From the NCBI GenBank assembly GCA_964460535.1, contig CAYWQI010000001.1, positions 26,856-90,855 of the forward strand: a DNA stretch of 64,000 nucleotides, written 5' to 3'. Below the pieces are notes generated by a model. That model saw nothing but the letters and a program-made list of their open reading frames with translations, did no database searches and was not told the origin of the DNA. The DNA is from Candidatus Woesearchaeota archaeon. GTDB taxonomy: Archaea > Nanobdellota > Nanobdellia > Pacearchaeales > GW2011-AR1. Positions 38,110 to 46,866 of this stretch are shown here, piece after piece. Numbering within the stretch: the stretch's first letter is position 1; the number at the start of each line of letters is the position of its first letter. The translations under genes and the position numbers were made by a program.

Positions 38110-39621
38110 ATGTCACAAAAAGAAAATTCTCCTACAGGCAGAGAATTACAAATAATCAATGAAAGAAAAAAGAAAATAAAAGAACTTAAAGATAATAAAA
38201 TAAATCCTTACAAACACAAGTTTGATAAAAAAAATTCTATCTCTGATTGTTTGAATAGTAAACTCAATACAAAAGTTCAAACAGCTGGAAGAATTATAAC
38301 AAAAAGAGATTTAGGAAAAATTTCATTCTATAAATTACAAGACCAGGTAGGAGAAATACAACTCGTGCTTCAAAAAGACAAAACTTCAGAAGAAATAATG
38401 AAATTTGCAAAAAGATATGCTGATTCAGGAGATTTTATTGGAGTATCTGGAAATATCTTTAAGACAAAAACAGGAGAAAAATCAATTCTTGTTGATAAAA
38501 TTGAAATATTAACAAAAGCAGTTTTACCACTTCCAGAGAAATATCACGGATTACAAGATGAAGAAGAAAGATTAAGAAAGAGATATCTAGATATGCTTAT
38601 TAATCCACAAGTAAGAGAAACTTTTGAAATAAGATCCAAATTAATGAAATCTATGAGGGAATTTATGGAAAAAAATAATTTTATAGAAATTGAAACACCT
38701 CTTTTACAAGGAGTTTACGGAGGTGCAGCAGCAGAACCTTTTAAAACTTATTGCAATGCCTTTAATTCTGAACTTTATTTAAGTATTGCTCCAGAGCTTT
38801 ATTTAAAAAAAGCTTTAGTTGGGGGGTTTGATAGGGTTTATGAAGTAACAAAAAAATTCAGAAATGAAGGAGTAGATAGACAACATAATCCAGAACATAT
38901 GACAATTGAATGGTATCAAGGATATGCTGATTATAAAGATGGTATGAATTTAGTTAAAGATTTTATTTGTTATATCTCAAAACAAGTTTTTGGTAAAACT
39001 ATTATAGAATATCAAGGTAATAAAATAGATTTATCAAAATGGCAGACTCTAAGTCTAGAAGATGCAATAAAAAAATATCTTAATGAAGATATATCAAAAA
39101 TAAAAACAAACAAGGAAGCAAGAGAAATAGCAAAGAAACACAATATTGATGAAAAAGGAATAACAAAAACAAATATTGCAGATGAATTAATGAAACTTTT
39201 TAGAGAAAAATTAATACAACCCACTTTTTTGATTGATTATCCAATAGGCTTGGCACCACTTGCAAAAGCAAAACCAGAAGACCAAACAAAAGCAGAAATT
39301 TTTCAACCTTTTATAGGAGGTATGGAATTAGCTAGAGCATATTCAGAATTAAGTGACCCTCAAATCCAGGAAGAGCATTTTAAAGAACAAGAAAAAGAAA
39401 GAGAAGAAGGAAACAAAGAAGCAATGCCAACTGATTCAGATTTTGTTACTGCCCTTGAACATGGTTTACCTCCTGCTTGTGGAGTTGGATTTGGAATTGA
39501 GAGATTAATCATGCTTTTTACAAACAAAACATCAATTAGAGAAGCAATATCCTTTCCTTTTGTGAAACCTGAAACTCAAGAAGAGAATAAGAAAGATAAA
39601 AATAAAATAAATAAAAAATAA
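38110..39621 (+). CDS. lysS: lysyl-tRNA synthetase, class II
   Basis: N-terminal OB anticodon-binding domain plus class II motifs (FIEIETPLLQ, FRNEG..., GGMELARAYSEL, GFGIERL). Start taken at MSQKEN. The ORF-track start at 38041 lies inside the MITE TIR. Confidence 0.8.
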   Translation: MSQKENSPTGRELQIINERKKKIKELKDNKINPYKHKFDKKNSISDCLNSKLNTKVQTAGRIITKRDLGKISFYKLQDQVGEIQLVLQKDKTSEEIMKFAKRYADSGDFIGVSGNIFKTKTGEKSILVDKIEILTKAVLPLPEKYHGLQDEEERLRKRYLDMLINPQVRETFEIRSKLMKSMREFMEKNNFIEIETPLLQGVYGGAAAEPFKTYCNAFNSELYLSIAPELYLKKALVGGFDRVYEVTKKFRNEGVDRQHNPEHMTIEWYQGYADYKDGMNLVKDFICYISKQVFGKTIIEYQGNKIDLSKWQTLSLEDAIKKYLNEDISKIKTNKEAREIAKKHNIDEKGITKTNIADELMKLFREKLIQPTFLIDYPIGLAPLAKAKPEDQTKAEIFQPFIGGMELARAYSELSDPQIQEEHFKEQEKEREEGNKEAMPTDSDFVTALEHGLPPACGVGFGIERLIMLFTNKTSIREAISFPFVKPETQEENKKDKNKINKK

Positions 39622-39774
39622 TTAAAATGAACAGAACTTTTAGATTTATTAGAAGATAAAACAGATTTCACTCTTCTTTGCGAATATCATTGGCCTGCTC
39701 CAGGACTTACAGGCAGAGTAACTTACAACCATAATGAAGAGGAATTAAATTTAATAAAGACTCATAAATAAAAA

Positions 39775-39960
39775 ATGCCACTAATAATAAAATCCCGAAT
39801 AAAAGAAACAATAAAAGAATTAGATAAAGAAAACAACATAGGAAGTGTTGCTGAAGAAGTTGGAAGAGCATTAGAAAGAAAAACTCAAGAAATTCTTGAA
39901 GAAGCAATAAAGAGAGCTAAGGCAAATAATCGAAGAACTCTTTTAGGAAGAGACCTTTAA
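39775..39960 (+). CDS. small histone-fold-like protein
   Basis: 61 aa. The sequence ...VAEEVGRALERKTQEILEEAIKRAKANNRRTLLGRDL has a histone-fold alpha2/alpha3 pattern (RKT...DL). Confidence 0.35.
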   Translation: MPLIIKSRIKETIKELDKENNIGSVAEEVGRALERKTQEILEEAIKRAKANNRRTLLGRDL

Positions 39961-40084
39961 AAGTGTAAATAATATTTAGGATAACAGCTTTTGAAGTCTA
40001 GGGTAGAGAGATTTGTAGATTGTTACTTTTAATAAATGATGACCCTTCCAAAAGATTTATAAACTTAAAATTTCTAAAATAAAC

Positions 40085-40888
40085 ATGACAGAATTTAAAA
40101 TACCTAAACCAAAACCAGATTTTGAAGGAACAGGCTCACCTGTAAACTTTGCAGATGTTAGGGATGTTTATGCTGAGGCTGTAGAAAAGTTAGTTTTATA
40201 TGATTATGCTAAGTTTGGTAAGGATTGGCAAAATAGAGCACTTGATATTTTAATTGGAGATGAGAGGGTTTATTCTCCATCTTCAGAAGGAAAGTGGAGA
40301 GGTTCAAATCCTCCTATCTGTACTTTGATGCAAGAAAAGATTAAAGGATTAGATTTAATTACATTACAACAATCAAGAAGAGCTTATGAAGCCAATGGAA
40401 ATAGACCTCCTGTTCCTAATGCTTATTTTGAACATGGTTGGGCAGTTATTCCTGGACAAAATTCAGATTATAAAAGAAATCCTGAAATTGCTTCAAGACT
40501 TGTGGAAGGTTTAAAGAGTAAAGGAATTGAAGTTGGGAAAGGGAGGGTTATTAATTTCTCCCAATTACATCTTCAACCAGTACAAGATATAAGAATATTT
40601 GATTTTGTTATAAATAATACTACAACAGAAGATAATGTTGCTAAGGTTGGGGATTATAATTGGGATTACGGTTTTCCTAATTCAGCAAGTGGCGCTTTCC
40701 GTGCGATTCTTGGCAGTAACTCGGGCTGGGGTGTCGGCAGAGGCAATCCTGAGATTTCGGGCGAGGATGGTCGGGTAGTGCGGTTTATAGCCGAAGGCGA
40801 CGCGCCAGAAAAATTAAGTTCTCTAGTTCAAGAAAAAGATCCTCTAAAAGAGAGAATCACAGAATTTAGAAAAAGAATTTCTTCTTAG
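40085..40888 (+). CDS. DGR target (variable) protein, with the variable repeat at its 3' end
   Basis: The codons of the 3' region 40696-40777, AFRAILGSNSGWGVGRGNPEISGEDGRV, are the mutated counterpart of the template repeat at 41054-41135. The region is locally GC-rich in an AT-rich gene. Confidence 0.7.
   Translation: MTEFKIPKPKPDFEGTGSPVNFADVRDVYAEAVEKLVLYDYAKFGKDWQNRALDILIGDERVYSPSSEGKWRGSNPPICTLMQEKIKGLDLITLQQSRRAYEANGNRPPVPNAYFEHGWAVIPGQNSDYKRNPEIASRLVEGLKSKGIEVGKGRVINFSQLHLQPVQDIRIFDFVINNTTTEDNVAKVGDYNWDYGFPNSASGAFRAILGSNSGWGVGRGNPEISGEDGRVVRFIAEGDAPEKLSSLVQEKDPLKERITEFRKRISS
40696..40777 (+). repeat. DGR variable repeat (VR)
   Basis: Matches the TR at 64 of 82 positions. Of the 18 mismatches, 17 are TR=A (16 are G in the VR, 1 is T). 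Confidence 0.75.
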
Positions 40889-41053
40889 AAAGTTTTATAA
40901 ATTTCTTTTTTGATTTAATATTCCTAATCAGAAATGGTTAGGCTACACGCCAAATTATTGAGAATACAGATTTTCCTTGCGAGGAACTTCAGTGAGCAAA
41001 ATAATTTTGTGAAATAATAATTTGGCTATTAAGTTCCGTGCGATTCTTAATAG

Positions 41054-41135
41054 TAACTCGAACTGGAATGTCAACAAAGACAATCCTGAGAATTCGAACG
41101 AGAATGGTCAAATAGCTTAGCCAGGGTTAGGATTT
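41054..41135 (+). repeat. DGR template repeat (TR)
   Basis: Intergenic, between the target gene and the reverse transcriptase. In the VR frame it reads F R A I L N S N S N W N V N K D N P E N S N E N, which is rich in AAC/AAT codons. Confidence 0.75.
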
Positions 41136-41141
41136 TTTAAA

Positions 41142-42127
41142 ATGCAAAATCTCTACTACAAAATTTATTCATGGAAAAATATGCTTTCAGCATGGAGAAA
41201 AGCAAGAAAAGGAAAAACAAAGAAAAATTATGTTATGGGGTTTGAAAAGAATCTTCGAGAAAATTTAAAACAATTAAGATTTGAATTAATGACTGAAACT
41301 TATTTTCCTCAGTTATCAAAAACATTTATTTTGCGAGATCCAAAAACTAGAGTTATAAGCAAATCTGATTTTAGAGATAGAATTGTGCATCATGCTTTGA
41401 TTAATATAATTCAGAATATTTTTGAGAGGTCTTTTATTTATGATTCTTGTGCAAATCAAAGAGGCAAAGGAAATTTATTTGCAATTTCAAGATTTGATAA
41501 ATTTAAGAGAAAAGTTACTTCAAATCTTAAACAAGAAGCCTTTTGTTTAAAAGCAGACATAAAACATTATTTTCAAGAAGTAAATCACGAGATTCTTTTT
41601 GAAATTTTACAAAGAAAAATCAAAGATGAAAAAGTTATTAATTTAATTGTAAAAATCTTGCAGAACAGTGCGGACAGAGAGAGAGAGAGACGCGACATTC
41701 TTTATCAAAAGGCATGCCTCTTGGAAATTTAACAAGTCAATTTTTTGCAAATGTTTATCTTAATGAATTAGATTATTTTGTGAAACATAAATTAAAATGT
41801 AATTGTTATATTAGAGATGTTGATGATTTCGTTATTTTGCATAAATCTAAAAAACAACTTGAAATTTGGAAAACCCAAATCTTTCAATTTCTTCAGGATA
41901 AATTAAAACTTGAATTGCATAAAGACAAATCTTCTATTAGAATCCTGTCTCGAGGAATTGATTTTGTTGGTTTTAGAAATTTTTACAAAAAACGTTTAAT
42001 TAGAAAAAGAAGTTATAGAAAAATGAGAGCTAGAATAAAAGAATTTAATAAAGGAAATCTCTCTACAGATAAATTTTTTGAATGTTTTCAAGGTTGGTTA
42101 GCTAATGCAAGATGGCAGGAGTTTTGA
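41142..42127 (+). CDS. DGR reverse transcriptase (two ORFs joined by a frameshift near 41669-41700)
   Basis: RT1 FRDRIVHHAL. RT2 LKADIKHYFQEVNHEIL. RT3 GMPLGNLTSQFFANVYL, containing the DGR-specific [ILV]GxxxSQ. RT5 CYIRDVDDFVIL. RT7 GIDFVGF. The frame switches within ...gcggacagagagagagagagacgcgac... Confidence 0.75.
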
Positions 42128-42179
42128 AATTTCCAAAAATCAAAACATTTAAATAACTATAGCCACTTATATAATCACT

Positions 42180-42404
42180 ATGGCAACAACAATTCAAATA
42201 AGTAAGGAGCTTTTACAAGAATTAGCATCTATGAAAATGCATACAAAAGAAAGTTATGAAGAAGTGATCTGGGATTTAGTTGAAGATAGAAAAGAACTTA
42301 GTGAAGAAACTAAAAGAAATTTGGCAGAAGCTGAAAAAGATATCAAAGAGGGAAGAGTACATTCTTGGGAAGATGTTAAAAAGGAGTTAGGATTAAATGT
42401 ATAG
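42180..42404 (+). CDS. putative antitoxin (partner of RelE/ParE)
   Basis: 74 aa, acidic, overlaps the toxin start by 8 nt. Confidence 0.4.
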   Translation: MATTIQISKELLQELASMKMHTKESYEEVIWDLVEDRKELSEETKRNLAEAEKDIKEGRVHSWEDVKKELGLNV

Positions 42405-42648
42405 CATAGTTCTTGCAGATAAATTCAAAAAGCAATTAAAAAAAATTCCAAAACAGGAACAAGAAAGAATCGGTAAGGTCATAGAAAGAATAAAAATACG
42501 TCCTTTTTCACATGCTGAAAGAATTGTGGGAAGCCCCCATTTTAGAGTTCGTTCAGGAGATTATAGAATAATTATTAACATAAAACAAAAAGTATTAATT
42601 ATCTACGTTTTAGAGGTCGGACACAGAAAAAACATTTATAAAAAATAA
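42397..42648 (+). CDS. RelE/ParE-family type II toxin
   Basis: 83 aa. ...SGDYRIIINIKQKVLIIYVLEVGHRKNIYKK is the RelE/YoeB C-terminal signature. Confidence 0.6.
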   Translation: MYSIVLADKFKKQLKKIPKQEQERIGKVIERIKIRPFSHAERIVGSPHFRVRSGDYRIIINIKQKVLIIYVLEVGHRKNIYKK

Positions 42649-42937
42649 ATTCTTATATTATATTAAAGAATTTAGAAGAATAATTCAAAAAATTTAAAAT
42701 GCCAAAAAGAAAATTTCCAGCACTTGCAACTCTATTATTGATATTTGGTGTAGCTTGGTTAGCTTCAGAGATTTATAACATTGCCATTGATTTACCTTGG
42801 TTACCAACTATTTTAATTGTAATTGCAATTGCTATGATTTATAATCGGTTAAGAGAATAATTAAATTTAGGTTTTAGGTTTGCAATTTCAAAACCTTAAT
42901 AGCAAGATTTAAATACTCTAGTCAATAATTTAACTAT

Positions 42938-43483
42938 ATGGTAAAAAAAGTAACCAAATGGACATTTTTAGAACCATTCTTAAGAACATCAGAAGAACTA
43001 CATCTTTTAGATATATCTCGTCAATTAAGAGAGAACCATGCAACAGTTAGAAATTATCTGAATGATTTTGAGAAAATAGGAATCCTAGAAAAAAGAAACA
43101 AGGGAAGGCTTACTCTTTATAGATTAATTAAAGAAAATCCTTTGATCATAGACTATTTATGTTTAGCTGAAAAAGATAAACTTATTAGAAAAACTAAAGA
43201 TAATAATATTCTAAAAGAGCTTGTTTCATTATTACATAAAGAGACAAATAAACCAACAATAATATTTGGATCTGCTGTTGAAGATTTAAAAAAAGCAAAC
43301 GATATAGATATCTTAACAACAGGAAATCTAGATGAAGAAGAATTAGAAAAAATAATAAGAAGAAAAATTCATCTTGTAAAAATTTCTTCTTTAAATAAAG
43401 TTACAGATTCTCTAAAAAATGAAATTTTAAAAAAACATTTAATAATAAACTCTTCTGAAGAGGTTTTAAAATGGTTGGTTTGA
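42938..43483 (+). CDS. winged-HTH plus minimal nucleotidyltransferase (MNT) domain protein
   Basis: TIIFGSAVEDLKKANDIDIL fits the GS...D.D nucleotidyltransferase motif. The N-terminal region is wHTH-like. Confidence 0.5.
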   Translation: MVKKVTKWTFLEPFLRTSEELHLLDISRQLRENHATVRNYLNDFEKIGILEKRNKGRLTLYRLIKENPLIIDYLCLAEKDKLIRKTKDNNILKELVSLLHKETNKPTIIFGSAVEDLKKANDIDILTTGNLDEEELEKIIRRKIHLVKISSLNKVTDSLKNEILKKHLIINSSEEVLKWLV

Positions 43484-43680
43484 GATGGTGTAAAAAACAA
43501 AAAAAAGGAATTGAGATTATTGAGCCTAATGAAAATTTAGTAAAAGAATACCTTCAAACAGCAAAGGAAACAACAATTGAGATTGTAAATGAAAATTCAA
43601 ATATGCCAAACAATAAAAATCAAAGATTTTTAAGCATGTCAATTTTAAAAACAATAGAAGAGAAAAATGCCAAACAATAA
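43471..43680 (+). pseudogene. possible truncated HEPN-domain remnant
   Basis: 69 aa. NENLVKEYLQTAKETTIEI resembles a HEPN helix-1. Overlaps the MNT gene upstream and hjc downstream. Confidence 0.2.
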
Positions 43681-44149
43681 ATCAAAAGGTTCAAAAGTAG
43701 AAAGAGAATTGTTTCAGATGTTTATTTCTGAAGGAACTTATAGAGTAGTTCGTGTAGCTGGTTCAGGAACAATGGAAAATGCTGATTGTGATTTACTTGC
43801 TGGAAAAAAAGGGAAAAAATTTGCAATAGAAGTTAAATCTTCAAAAAAACCTATAAAATATATTTCAAAAGAACAAATAGATAGGTTTGTGACTTTTTCA
43901 GAAATTTTTAAATTATATCCAGTTATTGCATTAAGATTTAATAGAGAAGGTTGGTTTTTCATACATCCTAAAGAAATGAAAAAAACACAAAAAAATTGGT
44001 CAATAAATTTAGAACAAGCAAAAAAGAAAGGTAAGAGATTCACCCAGTTTTTTTCTTCAATAAATAAAAAATCAAAATCAAAAACAAATTCTAAAAATAA
44101 AACAAAACAAGAAACAGATTATGACTTGTATTTAGAAAGTTTGAAATAA
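43667..44149 (+). CDS. hjc: Holliday junction resolvase Hjc
   Basis: GSKVERELFQMFISEGTYRVVRVAGSG...DCDLLAGKKGKKFAIEVKSS shows the Hjc catalytic pattern E...D...E.K. Confidence 0.7.
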   Translation: MPNNKSKGSKVERELFQMFISEGTYRVVRVAGSGTMENADCDLLAGKKGKKFAIEVKSSKKPIKYISKEQIDRFVTFSEIFKLYPVIALRFNREGWFFIHPKEMKKTQKNWSINLEQAKKKGKRFTQFFSSINKKSKSKTNSKNKTKQETDYDLYLESLK

Positions 44150-44209
44150 TAAGAAATAGTTTTTTCTTACTACAATAAAATTTAAAATATATAATTTCTT
44201 AAAAAAAAC

Positions 44210-44983
44210 ATGAAAAAAGAAGTAATGTTTTTACTTTTAATAATATCTTTATCTAGTTTTATTTCTGCAAAAAATATCAGTTTAAATTATGAGCAAGAAA
44301 ACTGTGTAAATGAAGAGTTTAATCTTAAAATAGAACTCATTGATTATCCAGAAGATATTTATGATGTGAAAATAGATTCTCAGGTTAATGGAGAGAGAAT
44401 TTTTAGAATTTATGATAATGGAAAATGGAAATCAACTTTTTATTATATTAAGGAGATAATTTCTCCCACTAATCCAGAAACTTTTACATTAAAATCAGAG
44501 TCATATCTTGGTAAAGCACATTTTATAGTAAAAATAAGAAATTCAGAAGGAGATTATAATACTTTCTCAGGTTATGATATTGAGATAATTGAATGTCAAA
44601 ACAACACAGAAGAAGAAAGTTCAGATTCAAATGAAAATATTACAGAAGAGAATATTAACAATTCTATAAAAAATTCTACAGATAATAAAGATATAAAAAG
44701 TTTCTATCCTTTAGATAAAAATAATTCAGAAAAAAACTCAGAAAATGAAATTCAGGATTCTCAAATAACTGGAGAGACAATTGTTTTAAACAACCCAAAA
44801 GATATAAAAACCCCTTCAAATTCTCAGATTAAGAAAGGAATTTCAATTAAATTTAATAAAGATTTAACAACAAGATTGTCTTTATTAGGGTTTTCACTTT
44901 TATTAGGAATTTTATTCCTTTTAAGAAATAATAAAAATAAAAAATATAATAAAACAGAATTTAATGAAGAAAATGAATTTTAA
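44210..44983 (+). CDS. secreted/surface protein with signal peptide and C-terminal TM anchor
   Basis: N-terminal signal-like helix and a C-terminal hydrophobic segment followed by a basic tail. Confidence 0.4.
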   Translation: MKKEVMFLLLIISLSSFISAKNISLNYEQENCVNEEFNLKIELIDYPEDIYDVKIDSQVNGERIFRIYDNGKWKSTFYYIKEIISPTNPETFTLKSESYLGKAHFIVKIRNSEGDYNTFSGYDIEIIECQNNTEEESSDSNENITEENINNSIKNSTDNKDIKSFYPLDKNNSEKNSENEIQDSQITGETIVLNNPKDIKTPSNSQIKKGISIKFNKDLTTRLSLLGFSLLLGILFLLRNNKNKKYNKTEFNEENEF

Positions 44984-45473
44984 TAAAAAAAACAACAAAA
45001 AGAAAGAAGAATCTCAAGAAAAAAAACAATCAATACAAGCATCAATTATAATAGAAGTTTTAGGCAAACCTCCAGAACATTTAAATGAAACTTTAAAAGA
45101 TTTGATTTCAAAAATAAAACAAGAAAAAGGAGTTGAAGTTATTAATGAAAAAGTAAATTCTTCTAGTGAATTAAAAAATAAACCCGGATTTTACACAAAT
45201 TTTGCAGAAATTGAACTTGAATTAGAAAGCATTATTCATTTAAATATTCTTATGTTCAAATACATGCCTGCTCATATTGAAATAATCTCTCCTGAGAACA
45301 TTGTTTTATCAAATAAAGGATGGAATGATTTTTTAAATGAACTTACAAGAAGACTTCATAGATATGATGAAGTAGCAAGAACAATGAAATATGAAAATCA
45401 AATAATGAGAAAAAAATTAGAACAATTATTACCAAACAAATCTTCTAAAAATAAAGACAACAAAAAAATCTAA
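44964..45473 (+). CDS. hypothetical protein
   Basis: ORF only. Confidence 0.3.
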   Translation: MKKMNFNKKNNKKKEESQEKKQSIQASIIIEVLGKPPEHLNETLKDLISKIKQEKGVEVINEKVNSSSELKNKPGFYTNFAEIELELESIIHLNILMFKYMPAHIEIISPENIVLSNKGWNDFLNELTRRLHRYDEVARTMKYENQIMRKKLEQLLPNKSSKNKDNKKI

Positions 45474-45477
45474 ATAA

Positions 45478-46845
45478 TTATTTTTTACCTTTACCTTTTT
45501 TCATGAATTTAGAAAAACTAAAACTATTTTGAGTTCCTCTGTATTTCTTTAAAAAGAACCAACCTACAAATAATAAAACAAAAACAATAATTATCCATCC
45601 AACAATTTTTTGAGTTTTTCCAGAACTTGGAGTTCCACAAGTTCCTTTGCAACAAACACCATCAATAGCATTTACTTCTTTTCCATCCAAACAAACCTGG
45701 CTTTGATTGCATATCTGACCATCTTCTAAATCCTCACATCTTTTAAAGACAGTTTCTCTTGATTCTTCATTATTCCTTGTTTCATCAGAATCATTAGAAA
45801 TAGGAATAAAATCTTTTATAAATTCTAAACGAATTATTGCATATGCAAAATATGTTTCATGAGAATTTTCCTTATGTGCTTTTGCTTTTAATTGCCCTTC
45901 ATAATCTTCTTCATTATTTCCAGAAACAATTTGCAAGAATATCTCCCTAGTTTCATCTTCTTCAAGTTCAGAAATATTCTCTGGATATAAAGAAACAACA
46001 TTTTTTAATTGAGGAGACAGGCTTAGATTTATATCTTTTAATTCAAAATCTCCTGTGTTTTTAAGTTTAATTAAGATTGTTTTATTATTATTTGTAGACA
46101 TTGAAACTTCAATTTCCTTTTCCTGAAAATCAATTCTTCCTTCTTGTTTTTGGATTTCATCTGCTATTAAATAAATCGGTATTTCATAACTTGTTTTAGA
46201 AGAACTTAATTTTAATATTTCAGCATGTGTTTTTTCAGGTTCTTCAACTTTAAATTTTAAATCTTTTTTTTCTCCTGCTTTTAGAGAAATTGAACCTTCT
46301 GAGTTTGATGTTGATGTTGAATCATCAAACCATAAAAAACTTCCTTCTGAAGTTTCTTTAACTTCTTTATTTATATCTATAGTTATCTGACTTCCTTGCA
46401 AGTTTTGAACCTTTATTTCAAAATTCTCTCCTTGTGAAGTTTTAAATCCAGGGTTAATATCAAAATTTGCTGTTGAATTTGTTATTGTAAAATTCTTTTC
46501 AAGATTTTCATTAGTAATAACTCCTCCTGTTGTATAATATTCAACTCCTTCAATTGCAATTTTATAATTCCCAGATTTAATATTTTTCAATAATGCATAA
46601 ATATAATAATCTCCACCTATCCGAATCATATCATATTCTAACTCCTGTGAAACATGTCCTCTAGTATAAAATTTTATATTCTCTTTTTGAATAGGTTCTA
46701 TAAAATTTCCAGAAATTTTTCCAGTCAGAGTTTCTCCTTTATCAAATTCAGAGTTTTTATCAAGTGTAAATTCTACTGCATTGATAAAGCTTGTTGTTAG
46801 CATAATCATGAGCAAAATAATCAATATCTTTTTCATAGAAATCAA
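45478..46845 (-). CDS. surface protein with signal peptide, Cys-rich stalk and C-terminal TM anchor
   Basis: Signal peptide, a C-terminal CxxC-rich segment, a TM helix and a KKYRG tail. Confidence 0.45.
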   Translation of the reverse strand: MISMKKILIILLMIMLTTSFINAVEFTLDKNSEFDKGETLTGKISGNFIEPIQKENIKFYTRGHVSQELEYDMIRIGGDYYIYALLKNIKSGNYKIAIEGVEYYTTGGVITNENLEKNFTITNSTANFDINPGFKTSQGENFEIKVQNLQGSQITIDINKEVKETSEGSFLWFDDSTSTSNSEGSISLKAGEKKDLKFKVEEPEKTHAEILKLSSSKTSYEIPIYLIADEIQKQEGRIDFQEKEIEVSMSTNNNKTILIKLKNTGDFELKDINLSLSPQLKNVVSLYPENISELEEDETREIFLQIVSGNNEEDYEGQLKAKAHKENSHETYFAYAIIRLEFIKDFIPISNDSDETRNNEESRETVFKRCEDLEDGQICNQSQVCLDGKEVNAIDGVCCKGTCGTPSSGKTQKIVGWIIIVFVLLFVGWFFLKKYRGTQNSFSFSKFMKKGKGKK

Positions 46846-46866
46846 AAGAAAAAAGGGTTAATAAAA

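Noticed and set aside
41020-42127. Group II intron or retron interpretation of the reverse transcriptase
   Set aside because: No group II domain V/VI RNA signature and no msr/msd inverted repeats. The RT motif 3 is LGxxxSQ (DGR type) and an adenine-specific VR/TR pair is present, so DGR explains it better.
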